Assembly: GCA_011773515.1 (NCBI GenBank)
Contig: WVXK01000062.1
Location: forward strand, 164,928 to 228,927
Source: Deltaproteobacteria bacterium
GTDB lineage: Bacteria > Desulfobacterota > Deferrimicrobia > J040
DNA: 64,000 nucleotides
Reading direction: 5' to 3'
This document shows positions 28,393-38,197 of the stretch, one piece after another. Within the stretch, counting starts at the first letter, position 1, and the number at the start of each line of letters is the position of its first letter. Position numbers and translations under genes: made by a program. Under the pieces are notes generated by a model. That model ran no database searches. It saw only the letters and a list, made by a program, of their open reading frames with translations, and had not been told where the DNA came from.

Positions 28393-30200
28393 TCTTCGTA
28401 GAGACTGTCGAGCAGGCGGCCGTATTTTTCCACGACAACTTTTCTCTTCACCTTGAGCGTTGGAGTAAGCTCGCCTGTTTCCTGGGAAAAGTCGTCGGGG
28501 AGGATAAGGAACCTCTTTACCGTCTCGAAGGATGCAAGCTTCGCGTTCACTTTGTCGACGCTTTTTTGAATCAAGTCGTTAACCTCCCTCCCGGTGGCGA
28601 GATCCTCATAGCTGTCGTATTGAATGCCCTGCTCCCTCGCCCAGGCCTCGATCTCTTCCCTGTTGAGGGTCATGAGCGCAACAAGGAACTTCTTTCTGTC
28701 TCCGTAAATGAAGGACTGGGAAACGAAGTTATCCATCTTGAGGAGATTTTCTATGTTTGCAGGAGGTATGTTCTTTCCCGATGCCGTTACGAGAATATCC
28801 TTCTTTCTGTCCGTAATCGTAAGAAAACCATCCTCATCTATCTCGCCGATATCACCCGTCTTCAGCCACCCATCTTCGGTTTTCGCATTTCTCGTGCCCC
28901 CGGGGTCATTCAGGTACTCTTTGAAGATGTTCTTTCCCCCGATCAGAATCTCACCATCTTCTACAATCTTGATCTGCACATCCGGGAGCGGCAGACCTAC
29001 CGTCCCGAATTTAAAATTGTCGAGTCTGTTGACAGAAGCCACCGTCGAGCACTCTGTGAGGCCATATCCCTCCAGGATCAACACATCCATTGCATGAAAA
29101 AACTCGGCAATCTCCTTTGCAAGGGGGGCTCCGCCGGAAATGAAAAACCTCAGTCTCCCGCCGATCCTCTCTTTGATCTTGTCGAAAACCAGCTTTTTTG
29201 CTACGGCAAACCTGACACCCAGCAGAAAGGGAATGGACTTCTTCTGCTGCCGCAAACGGGACACTTCTATGCCGGTTTCCAGGGCAAATCGGAAGATCTT
29301 TTTTTTCAGGGGAGACCCCTTCTCGACCATCTCCATCACCCTGTCATAAAACTTCTCATAGAGCCTCGGGACGCTGACCATGATATGAGGCTTGACCTCG
29401 GCCATGTTATCTCCCACGGCCTCCATACTTTCGGCGTAGGCGGAGACCAGATTGGCATCGAAGGAGATGAACTGTTCGATCCTGCCAAGGGTGTGGGCAA
29501 AAGGGAGAAAATGGAGCATTATCTCACCCTCCCTTATCTCTGTTGCCCTGATGGAGCAATTGACCATGAACCAAAAATTTTCCTGGGTGGTCACCACACC
29601 TTTTGGCGGCCCCGTCGTGCCGGAAGTGTAGATAACGGTTAAATCATCTTCCGGTTTTATCTCCCCGGCGACACGGTCGATAAAATCGGGGTCACGGTTT
29701 TGCGCTTCCTCTCCCATCTTCTGAAGCTCATTGAAGGAAATCACATCGGAGGGCTTCATGAGATCTGCTTCAATGGGTGTCATGGAGACGATCCACTTCA
29801 GGTCGGGAACGCTCTCCCGTATTGCGTTCACCTTCATCATCTGCTTTGCATCTTCAACGAAGATGGCCTTGGCTTTGCAATCTCCGAGTATGTATTCAAC
29901 CGTATCGGGGAGGAGTGAGTGATAGATGGGAACGGTGACAAACCCCCCCACGATACAGGCTGCATCGGCGAGAGTCCATTCAACCCTCGTGTAGGACAGA
30001 ATGCTCACCTTGTCCCCTTTTTCCAGACCGAGCGAATAGAGGCCGGCTGAAAGCAACCTGATAATTTTTCCCGCCTGCGCGCAGGTCATGTCCACCCAGG
30101 AATTGTCCCTCTTGTATCGAAACTTCACCTCATTCTTTCTGCTTTCAAGCCTGTCCAAGAACATGCGGGACAGGGTTTCATACCCCATCTGAACCTCCAT
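28389..30200 (-). CDS. fadD: Long-chain fatty acid--CoA ligase
   Basis: IYTSGTTGPPKG, EGYGLTE, KTGDIG, DRKKD, ELTPTLK. Confidence 0.92.
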   Translation of the reverse strand: MEVQMGYETLSRMFLDRLESRKNEVKFRYKRDNSWVDMTCAQAGKIIRLLSAGLYSLGLEKGDKVSILSYTRVEWTLADAACIVGGFVTVPIYHSLLPDTVEYILGDCKAKAIFVEDAKQMMKVNAIRESVPDLKWIVSMTPIEADLMKPSDVISFNELQKMGEEAQNRDPDFIDRVAGEIKPEDDLTVIYTSGTTGPPKGVVTTQENFWFMVNCSIRATEIREGEIMLHFLPFAHTLGRIEQFISFDANLVSAYAESMEAVGDNMAEVKPHIMVSVPRLYEKFYDRVMEMVEKGSPLKKKIFRFALETGIEVSRLRQQKKSIPFLLGVRFAVAKKLVFDKIKERIGGRLRFFISGGAPLAKEIAEFFHAMDVLILEGYGLTECSTVASVNRLDNFKFGTVGLPLPDVQIKIVEDGEILIGGKNIFKEYLNDPGGTRNAKTEDGWLKTGDIGEIDEDGFLTITDRKKDILVTASGKNIPPANIENLLKMDNFVSQSFIYGDRKKFLVALMTLNREEIEAWAREQGIQYDSYEDLATGREVNDLIQKSVDKVNAKLASFETVKRFLILPDDFSQETGELTPTLKVKRKVVVEKYGRLLDSLYED

Positions 30201-30207
30201 CCTCCAG

Positions 30208-30975
30208 TTATTCGCCGTATTCGATTGCCAGGGTCACCGTATTGCTCCGTTTGTTCTTGCTGTTGAGAATCCAGCCGGTATATACCAGCCGCCTTACCTT
30301 TTTATCCATATGGGCAGTTTCGGTGAGCGTGAATATGGAATCCCCTTTCATTCTGTCACCGTGGGTCCCGTCATCATACAGGATATCGGTCCCGAATGTT
30401 ATGTTCCCCGTGTCGATATCCTTTGCATAATAGTAGAGGAGCACCGTCTCACCGACATATTCCTTATTCGAACTGAGATTGAACTCGACGACTTTTATCT
30501 CGAGCCTTCCCTGTTCTCCTTTCTCGAGGCGCGTCGGGTACCATATTATCTGGGCAAATATTTCGGAATCGACGTGACAGCTCAGGCAGAGCTTTTTTCC
30601 CGTGATTGTTTTCCTCTTGTGGACGGGTATTCTCTCGATAACATCGTGGCAGCTCGTGCATATGATCTTCCCGTCCCTGTCGAGGGGAAGCAGCTTCGTT
30701 CCCTCTGACGTCGGTGAAACAACCAGCGTCACCGGATGCTCGTGCTCGTAGTCCTCGTGACACTGGCCGCATATTTTGTCTATTTCCCCTTGAAAAAGCA
30801 GGTTTGCCTCCTGCCGGGACACGCCTTCCTCTTCGGGAACCCGGGTGTGACACTTGATGCAGTTTTCCCTTTCGCTGCTATCGTGAAAACCTTTGGGCCC
30901 CGATGCGGAAGTTGCGCCGGGGAGAGAAAACAGGCACAGCACTAACAAGAGCAAAAAGGTATTTCTCTCCATCAC
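30208..30975 (-). CDS. Exported tetraheme c-type cytochrome with choice-of-anchor-X-like C-terminal domain
   Basis: Signal peptide; CIKCH, CGQCH, CTSCH, CLSCH; C-terminal LYDDGTHGDRMKGDSIFT. Confidence 0.8.
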   Translation of the reverse strand: MMERNTFLLLLVLCLFSLPGATSASGPKGFHDSSERENCIKCHTRVPEEEGVSRQEANLLFQGEIDKICGQCHEDYEHEHPVTLVVSPTSEGTKLLPLDRDGKIICTSCHDVIERIPVHKRKTITGKKLCLSCHVDSEIFAQIIWYPTRLEKGEQGRLEIKVVEFNLSSNKEYVGETVLLYYYAKDIDTGNITFGTDILYDDGTHGDRMKGDSIFTLTETAHMDKKVRRLVYTGWILNSKNKRSNTVTLAIEYGE

Positions 30976-32676
30976 CTACCCTTTCTCGCCTCTTCTCAAG
31001 AGAGACTTTATAAATGGTATCGCATCCTCGAAAGTCACTCTCCCATCCATCAGCAGATTGACCACAGAATCTTCAGGTCCCAGCCTGACATGGGACAGAA
31101 TTTTCTCCCGCTTCTCCTCCTCGGACTTATCCATCAACAGCTCCATCCGCACAGAAGGAGAAAATACAATGAGGTCAAAGAGGGCTGTTTTTCCCGTATA
31201 CCCTGTGCCGTCGCAGACTGCACATCCCGTTGGTATGAAGTATTTCAGCTTTCCCAGGAACTGTCCCTTGTCCGATTCTATCATCGCCCGGGAGAGATAC
31301 ATAGATGGGATGGTGGGAAGTTCCTTCTTGCAGACGTCACAGAGAATCCTCACCAGCTTTTGAAACACCAGCGCCTTCATCGACGAGGCAAGCACATAGG
31401 GGGAAATCTCCGAATTCACGATTCCCTTCAGGGCATCTTCCAGCGACTGGCTCTGAATCCCTGCGAAAACGCTCATCCTGCTCGAATCGATGCGACCCAT
31501 TTCACTCATGAGTCTTTCGACGGGAATGTTGTCGTACATCAGAATATCGGGTGAAAGAGTCCTGATAATTTTTTCAATCGACAGGTCCTCTTCCATCATC
31601 TTCTTCTCAATCTGTATGAACCCTTCGTTTTTATATCTTATGTCTTCCTCCATCGCCACGATCCGGAAAAATGGGTCCAGGGCGTGCCGGACCATTGAAT
31701 ACAGAGTCGTGGATACGCCATCGTACAGGGGTGAGGCAATCACGTATACCCCTTTTTCCCTGCGTATCATCCCGGTTATCGATTCAAGCTGATCCCCGTC
31801 GAATCCAAGATTTTCTAACGAGAGCTTTCCCAGGGCGTTCGGTATCACCTTCACCACCGCCTTTTTTGCACCGGCTCCTGAAATCAGAGCCACCTTGTAC
31901 ATGCCGAATCTCTTTCCTTTCCCCGTCTCGAGAATTCTCTCCTCGATCGTCGCGCTCCCCTTATGGAAGCCGCACAGCTTCTTGAGCCCAGAAAAGACAA
32001 ACTCCCCTACTTTTTCCTGTGTCTCGAGAAGGATAACGCTCCGGGAATCTTCGCGGCCCTCGATGATGAACTTTCCCAGCACATAGTGGAAGGTCATCAC
32101 CTCAATGCCCTCGATCCTCGCCATATAAAGTATTTCCGATACGAGGCCGATGCTGTCTCTCGTGCCCAGGAACTTGGCCACGTTGATCTCCTTCGAAAGC
32201 TCTCCCGATATGCTCCTCTCGGTTATAAAAACAGGTGGTGGATAGAGTCGCATGAGCGTTTTCTGGAGTGAATCCTTACCCACGAGCGCTACCCTGACCT
32301 TTTTTCCCGTCAACCCCTCGATCCGCCGGAACACTCTCGGGCGGAGAGGATTGTGAACACCGACCGTGACGAATTGATCATTCACCGAAAGGGGAATTAC
32401 CTCTTCCCCCCAAGCGATTTCCGAGGGTATGACTGGAGCCAAGGATACATCCACGTCTCCTTCCTTGAGCACCGCGAAGGGGATGTCAAAGTTTTGAGAA
32501 AAGATAAAGGGCAGGGCATCGGCAGAAACAAGCCCCGTCACCATGGCCTCCTCGAGGACATCCCTGCCGCTTCGGAGCGAGGCCTCCACGAGTTGGGAAA
32601 TGCTTTTTACGTCCAGAAGCTTGAGGGAAACGAGCTTTTCTACTATTTCCTTGCTCTTTTTCATAAACCCGTCCAC
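30976..32676 (-). CDS. PilB/GspE-family ATPase homolog with degenerate catalytic motifs
   Basis: Overall PilB layout: LENLGF, QKLVRILCDVC, GCAVCDGTGYTGKTALF. Walker A reads SPLYDGVST and Walker B reads PDILMYDN. Confidence 0.78.
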   Translation of the reverse strand: MDGFMKKSKEIVEKLVSLKLLDVKSISQLVEASLRSGRDVLEEAMVTGLVSADALPFIFSQNFDIPFAVLKEGDVDVSLAPVIPSEIAWGEEVIPLSVNDQFVTVGVHNPLRPRVFRRIEGLTGKKVRVALVGKDSLQKTLMRLYPPPVFITERSISGELSKEINVAKFLGTRDSIGLVSEILYMARIEGIEVMTFHYVLGKFIIEGREDSRSVILLETQEKVGEFVFSGLKKLCGFHKGSATIEERILETGKGKRFGMYKVALISGAGAKKAVVKVIPNALGKLSLENLGFDGDQLESITGMIRREKGVYVIASPLYDGVSTTLYSMVRHALDPFFRIVAMEEDIRYKNEGFIQIEKKMMEEDLSIEKIIRTLSPDILMYDNIPVERLMSEMGRIDSSRMSVFAGIQSQSLEDALKGIVNSEISPYVLASSMKALVFQKLVRILCDVCKKELPTIPSMYLSRAMIESDKGQFLGKLKYFIPTGCAVCDGTGYTGKTALFDLIVFSPSVRMELLMDKSEEEKREKILSHVRLGPEDSVVNLLMDGRVTFEDAIPFIKSLLRRGEKG

Positions 32677-32775
32677 GCCTCGCTTGCTTTCATACTTAAA
32701 AAACTTTATATAAAATTACTAAGGTTGTAAAATCTATTTAATTTCTTGAGCCGAATGACATTTGCTGCGGGATAA

Positions 32776-33774
32776 ATGGCAATGAAAAAGTTTTACCCTC
32801 TTGCATTTCCGGTTACCTTTGCCCTGCTCCTCCAGGGTTGTTTCGTAACTACTACGAAATACGATTCAAAAACCAAAGAAGCCGATATGTTGAGAAGCGC
32901 CCTCTCAGAGAGCAAGAAAAAAAACAATGCCCTCATTATTGAAATCGAGGAGATCAGCAAAACCGTCGATGCCCTCTCGAGTGAGCTGAACATTACCAAG
33001 AGCGAACTTTCAGCGCGGGGAGAAGAGGTCGAAAGGCTGCAGGGAACGGTCGAGGAACTTCAGAAAAGATACGATACCACGAAAATATCGAGGGAAACAC
33101 TGATAAGCGAACTTCTCGAAAAGGAGAAAAAATACTCTATTCAGATCAAGGAGCTTACGGTGGAAAACTCGAAGCTCGAAAATACGGTGGAAGCGCTGAA
33201 CGGGGAGGTTGGCGACCTAAAAACCCGTCTTGCATCGGCCGAAGTAAGGAGCAGCGACCTGGAAGAGCTCTCTTCGAAGGTCCACCTCCTCGAAGGGAGA
33301 ATCGCACGCCTGAAAGAGGAGATCGCTGATTTTCTCCCACTCTCCGGTGTCAGGCAGAAAGGGGCTGCTGCCCTCTCAGAGACTTACTCATCGCGATTCA
33401 TGGCCAGGGACATCTCCTTTCTCTTCGCCTCCGTACCTTTTGAAGCGGCGCTGGACAGTGACGGGAAAAAACTTTCAGAGGATTTTCACGACTTCCTTTC
33501 CACCCTCGTAGAACTCTGTGAGAGCGAAAAAGATTGCAAGATAGACATAATCGCAGCGGGAAGAACCCACGATGGAAGCCTGAAGTTTCTCAACGCCCTG
33601 AAGGACAAAGAGCTCGTCCTTATCAAGGCCCTGGAAAGTTTCACTTCATCGCTGGACAAAAAAGCAGATCTCATCAGGCGCAAGGGGCGTGTCACCGTGA
33701 TCGACAAAATGGGGGAAAAAGAAACGGACCGGGTGGACGTAAACATCTATCTCGTCCGGGAGCAGGCCGGGTAA
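32776..33774 (+). CDS. Coiled-coil lipoprotein with degenerate OmpA/MotB-like C-terminus
   Basis: Lipobox LLQG-C; about 160-aa heptad coiled coil; C-terminal alpha/beta region. Confidence 0.6.
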   Translation: MAMKKFYPLAFPVTFALLLQGCFVTTTKYDSKTKEADMLRSALSESKKKNNALIIEIEEISKTVDALSSELNITKSELSARGEEVERLQGTVEELQKRYDTTKISRETLISELLEKEKKYSIQIKELTVENSKLENTVEALNGEVGDLKTRLASAEVRSSDLEELSSKVHLLEGRIARLKEEIADFLPLSGVRQKGAAALSETYSSRFMARDISFLFASVPFEAALDSDGKKLSEDFHDFLSTLVELCESEKDCKIDIIAAGRTHDGSLKFLNALKDKELVLIKALESFTSSLDKKADLIRRKGRVTVIDKMGEKETDRVDVNIYLVREQAG

Positions 33775-33790
33775 CCCGTCAGCAGGCAGT

Positions 33791-35521
33791 TCACGCCCAG
33801 ATCGGAACCTTTCTGAATGCACGCACGTCGATAAAACCTTTATCCGTGATTCTGCCCTCCGGTATCACGGGAAGGGCGATAAAAGAAAGGATATTGACGA
33901 GGTCGATGCCGAGGGGGGAGATTTGTTCACATACCCCTTTCACCCTCTTCGTTTCCGAAACAACCCTCTCATACCTCGCGGTAGAAACGATTCCCCCCAC
34001 TTTCAGGGGAAGACGGGCACTTTCCCCCCGGCCGCTCAGGGCAGCTATCCCCCCTCCCATGCGGGCGACAAGCCCCGCCGCTGCAAACATCTCATCGTCC
34101 GACGCACCGGCCACCACCAGGTTGTGGGCATCGTGGGCAAATGTGAGCGCAATGGCGCCAGCGCGAAGATTCAGCCCCCTGACAAACCCTTTACCAATCC
34201 TCCCGGTACCCCCGTGGCGCTCGATGACGCACACTTTCACCAGGTCCCATGCCAGCACACTCGAGGCATACCTGCCCTGAAAAACATCCCCGGGAAGGGT
34301 AACGATCTCGTTTTTCAGCTGGCCGGGAATCACCTCTATTGCCTTTACGCTCTTTTTCCTCTTCTTTACCCTGAAGGTTTCTGGAGAGAATGCGGGAGGA
34401 AGGTGAACAGTCCTCCCTGTCCCCATGATCGACGGAGCATCTGCCTCCGCTACCGGTTCGCCAGACAGGTACCGAACCCTTCCCCCCACCAGCACCCTGT
34501 GCGGGACAAACTCAAAAAGGTCCTCGTAGATAACCAGGTCCGCGCGGTACCCGGGCGCAACCGCACCAAGGCTCGTGAGATTGAACCTCATGGCCGTGTT
34601 CAGGGTAACCATGCACAGAAGATTGATCGGGTCGATCCCCATCCTCGCTCCCTGGGCGAGAACCCTGCCCAGGTAGTTTCCATCTGCCATATCGAGAACA
34701 TTGAGGTCGTCAGATACAATCGAGATACGGCTGTTTCCCTGGTACTCTTCGATGAAGGGATAGAGGGCCTTCAGGTTCTGCGCAATCGACCCTTCCCGAA
34801 CCATCACGTGAAAACCCTTCGAAAGCTTTTCCTCGGCCTCCTCCGGGTCCTCCGTCTCGTGGTCCGAAGACACGCCGGTTACCCTGTATGCCGACAGGGC
34901 CTTTCCCCTCAGTCCCGGGGCATGACCCTCGAGGGGAAGCCCCTGGAAGAGTCTCACCTTCTCTATGAGATCTCTCTTTCCGAGCGTCAGCCCCTGATAG
35001 TCCATGACCTCGCCGAGGGCGATTACTTCACTGTACCCCCTGAGTATCGCCATGTCCTTCAGCCCAATCTTTCCTCCCGGTGACTCCAGGGGGGATGAGG
35101 GAACACAGGAAGGGCAGGAGTAATAAATCCTCACCGGTGATTGACGCGCCATATCGATCATCCACAAAACTCCCGGAAGGCCAAAAACATTTGCGATCTC
35201 GTGGGGGTCGGCTACAACGCACGTAACCCCGGAAGTAAGGCACAGGCGCCCAAACTCCTGGGGCGAGAGGAAGGTGCTCTCTATATGGGTGTGTCCATCG
35301 ATCAACCCGGGAGCCACGTACATGCCCGCTGCATCTATGACCTCCCGCGCACGGTAGTCTCCGAGACCGACGATATAACCATCCTTGACCGCAACGCTGG
35401 ATTTGCACAGTTTTCTCCTGAACACGTCGACTACGGTCCCATTTTCAATGACCAGGTCCGCCTCCCGGTCACCCCGCGCCGTCTCGACCAGCGTTGCGAT
35501 ATCCGGTTTCTTTCGGACCAT
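33791..35521 (-). CDS. ade: Adenine deaminase
   Basis: PGLIDGHTHIES, DPHEIANV, LGEVMD, EGHAP, SDHE, REGS, SDD, AHDAHN. Confidence 0.93.
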   Translation of the reverse strand: MVRKKPDIATLVETARGDREADLVIENGTVVDVFRRKLCKSSVAVKDGYIVGLGDYRAREVIDAAGMYVAPGLIDGHTHIESTFLSPQEFGRLCLTSGVTCVVADPHEIANVFGLPGVLWMIDMARQSPVRIYYSCPSCVPSSPLESPGGKIGLKDMAILRGYSEVIALGEVMDYQGLTLGKRDLIEKVRLFQGLPLEGHAPGLRGKALSAYRVTGVSSDHETEDPEEAEEKLSKGFHVMVREGSIAQNLKALYPFIEEYQGNSRISIVSDDLNVLDMADGNYLGRVLAQGARMGIDPINLLCMVTLNTAMRFNLTSLGAVAPGYRADLVIYEDLFEFVPHRVLVGGRVRYLSGEPVAEADAPSIMGTGRTVHLPPAFSPETFRVKKRKKSVKAIEVIPGQLKNEIVTLPGDVFQGRYASSVLAWDLVKVCVIERHGGTGRIGKGFVRGLNLRAGAIALTFAHDAHNLVVAGASDDEMFAAAGLVARMGGGIAALSGRGESARLPLKVGGIVSTARYERVVSETKRVKGVCEQISPLGIDLVNILSFIALPVIPEGRITDKGFIDVRAFRKVPIWA

Positions 35522-36874
35522 TTATGCTCCCGGGGAGATCAGGAAAAAGATTACAAAGAAAAGTGATGCAACAGCCATCACCGGGTGTACCTCCTTCACC
35601 TTTCCCCTGAAAAGCTTGATGAGGCTGTAGCTGATGAACCCGAAGCCGATGCCGTAGGATATGTTGTACGTCAGGGGCATGATGATTATCGTCAGGAATG
35701 CGGGAATGCCCGTATCGAAATCGCTGAAATCAATCTCGGAGACCAGGGAGACCATGAAGAATCCCACGAGGATCAGGGCCGGCGCCGTGACGGGATACCG
35801 GTAGACTCCCTCGGAAACCTGGACCCCCTTTCCTATAACCGAGATAAGAGGGGTCAGAAAGAGGGAGAGGAAAAAGAGAGATGCGGTGACGATCACCGAT
35901 AATCCGCTCCTCCCGCCCTCCGTCACTCCCGAGGCGCTCTCGATGTAACAGGTTATCGAGCTGCATCCGAAAAGTCCCCCGGCTACGGCCCCGATCGAAT
36001 CGACGACGAGGAGTTCCTTCAGGCGGGGTATCATTCCTTCATCGTCGAGGAAGCCGGCTTTCTCGCCGATGCCGATGGCCGTCCCCATGGTATCGAAGAA
36101 GTCCGTCATGAACAGGGAAAAGATCAGCGGCGCAAGGGCCAGGCTGAGAGCACCCCTGACATCCAGCGCAAGAAAAGTCGAAAAGTCCCGGGGAAGGCTG
36201 AAAAACCTGCCGGGCAGGGGGATGAGCTCGAAGATCGGCGTCATCCCGAGCAGCGCGGTCGTCAGAATGCCGATGAGAATCGCCCCCCTCACCCTCCTCG
36301 TTATCAGGATGGTGGTGATCAGCAATCCGGCGACCGTCAGGATGCTCTCTTTCGCGGTAACGTTTCCCAGTGCGACGATCGTGGCAGGGTGTTTTACGAC
36401 GATCCCTCCCTGCACGAGGCCGATAAAAGCTATGAGAACACCGATCGCCACGCCGATGGCATGCTTGAGAGGAAGGGGAATCGCCTCCATCACCATCCCC
36501 CTTAGCTTCGACAGCGAAAGCGCGAGAACGATAACTCCTTCGATAAAGACGACCCCCATAGCAACCTGCCAGGAATAACCCATCGCACCCACGATGGTAA
36601 ATGCGACGATGGCGTTTATCCCCATCCCCGGCGCAAGGGCGAGCGGGTAGTTCGTCATGGCCCCCATCAAAAACGTGACGAGCCCCGCGCCGATACAGGT
36701 AGCCACTGCCGCTCCCGTGAACGGGACGCCGGCAGCCGACAAAATTGCCGGATTCACGAAAATTATGTAAGCCATGGTCATGAATATCGTGACTCCCGCG
36801 GTAATTTCCGTCTTTACATTTGTCCCCAGTTCCTCGAGGTGGAAAAGGTCATTCCCCATACCCCGGACCTTCAC
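35522..36874 (-). CDS. NCS2/AzgA-type purine permease
   Basis: TEITAG, MAYIIFVNP, ALAPGMG, DFFDTMGT, YIESASG, GGRSGL; GAGGAGG SD before the GTG at 36874 (alternative ATG at 36859). Confidence 0.92.
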   Translation of the reverse strand: MKVRGMGNDLFHLEELGTNVKTEITAGVTIFMTMAYIIFVNPAILSAAGVPFTGAAVATCIGAGLVTFLMGAMTNYPLALAPGMGINAIVAFTIVGAMGYSWQVAMGVVFIEGVIVLALSLSKLRGMVMEAIPLPLKHAIGVAIGVLIAFIGLVQGGIVVKHPATIVALGNVTAKESILTVAGLLITTILITRRVRGAILIGILTTALLGMTPIFELIPLPGRFFSLPRDFSTFLALDVRGALSLALAPLIFSLFMTDFFDTMGTAIGIGEKAGFLDDEGMIPRLKELLVVDSIGAVAGGLFGCSSITCYIESASGVTEGGRSGLSVIVTASLFFLSLFLTPLISVIGKGVQVSEGVYRYPVTAPALILVGFFMVSLVSEIDFSDFDTGIPAFLTIIIMPLTYNISYGIGFGFISYSLIKLFRGKVKEVHPVMAVASLFFVIFFLISPGA

Positions 36875-37201
36875 GTGAACATCCTCCTCGCCAATCACCA
36901 AAACAAAAAAACCTCGATTTCCGAGAGCGATAGAGGTGGTGATTTGCCATTATCTACATAATAACGCCAAAATACGATAAAGTGAAAAGGAGACAGGCGA
37001 CAAACCTGGAGCGTATGCGCCAGAACGCCTGAATCCCGAAGACTTTTATAAATCATAATCTCCGGGCCGGGGAAAAGATACCCGTGGATCCGAAATCGAG
37101 AGAGTTCTGAAACCCCACCGGACAGCTTCGATTCCCAAACTCCTGTATCTCTCGGACTTTCTGATATGTTACAATCCCTTATCTTTCGACTCTTCTTACG
37201 G

Positions 37202-38197
37202 GTGAATGTTTTGAGCGAAAAAATCGCATTCGTAACCCATCCCGATTACACGAAACACTACCCTGCCTGCGACCACCCCGAATGTCCCGACAGAGTCAGA
37301 GTCATCGGCAATCTGATTGAAAATTCTCCCCTTGCAGCGTATGTTGACAAGATTCACCCTGAGCCTGCCCCCATCGAGCAGGTGACCCTCGTGCACTCTC
37401 CTGCATACCTTGAAAAACTCAAAACCGCCTGCAAAAATGGGAACTCCTGGTTTGACTACGAGGATACCTACATAAACGCATTCTCCTACGAGATTGCCCT
37501 TCTTTCGGCGGGGGGGTGTATCGGAGGGGCCAGGTCTGTCCTGGAAGGGTCCCATGAGCGAGCATTCTGCGCCGTCCGCCCTCCAGGGCATCACGCAGCG
37601 GAAGGCCTGGGAATGGGCTTTTGTCTCCTGAACAACATCGCCATCACCGCAAGAGTCGCGCAAAGGGAATGGGGTCTGGAGAAAATCATGATCTTGGACT
37701 GGGACGTCCATCACGGAAATGGAACGCAAGAGATCTTCGAAAAGGACCCTTCCGTTTTCTACGTATCTATTCACGAGCACCCCACCTTCATATTCCCCGG
37801 AACGGGGAGGAGGTGGGAAAGGGGCAGCGGGCCGGGCAGCGGATACTCGATGAACATCCCCCTCCCCCCCGGGGCAGGCGACAGCGAGTACATCCACTCC
37901 ATGGAATCTCTCGTCATACCCGCCATTAAAGAATTCGCACCCGACCTGATCCTCATATCGGCGGGATTCGACGCTCACAACAAGGATCCCCTCAGCGATA
38001 TGACAGTGACCGAAGAGGGCTTCAGAAAGTTAACCGCCCTGACACTCAAGGCATCAAGAGACTACTCGAGCGGAAAAGTCGTATCGATTCTTGAAGGGGG
38101 ATACCATCTGGAAGCATTGAGAGCATCAGTCCGCATGCACCTCGAGGAACTGGTTTTTTTTGGAAAGGAGGAGAAATGTTTGTCCGGCGAAGAATGA
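37202..38197 (+). CDS. Histone deacetylase family Zn-dependent deacetylase (AcuC/APAH-like)
   Basis: HPECPDR, RPPGHHA, GFCLLNN, DWDVHHGNGTQ, SAGFDAH, LEGGY. Start uncertain. Confidence 0.92.
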   Translation: MNVLSEKIAFVTHPDYTKHYPACDHPECPDRVRVIGNLIENSPLAAYVDKIHPEPAPIEQVTLVHSPAYLEKLKTACKNGNSWFDYEDTYINAFSYEIALLSAGGCIGGARSVLEGSHERAFCAVRPPGHHAAEGLGMGFCLLNNIAITARVAQREWGLEKIMILDWDVHHGNGTQEIFEKDPSVFYVSIHEHPTFIFPGTGRRWERGSGPGSGYSMNIPLPPGAGDSEYIHSMESLVIPAIKEFAPDLILISAGFDAHNKDPLSDMTVTEEGFRKLTALTLKASRDYSSGKVVSILEGGYHLEALRASVRMHLEELVFFGKEEKCLSGEE

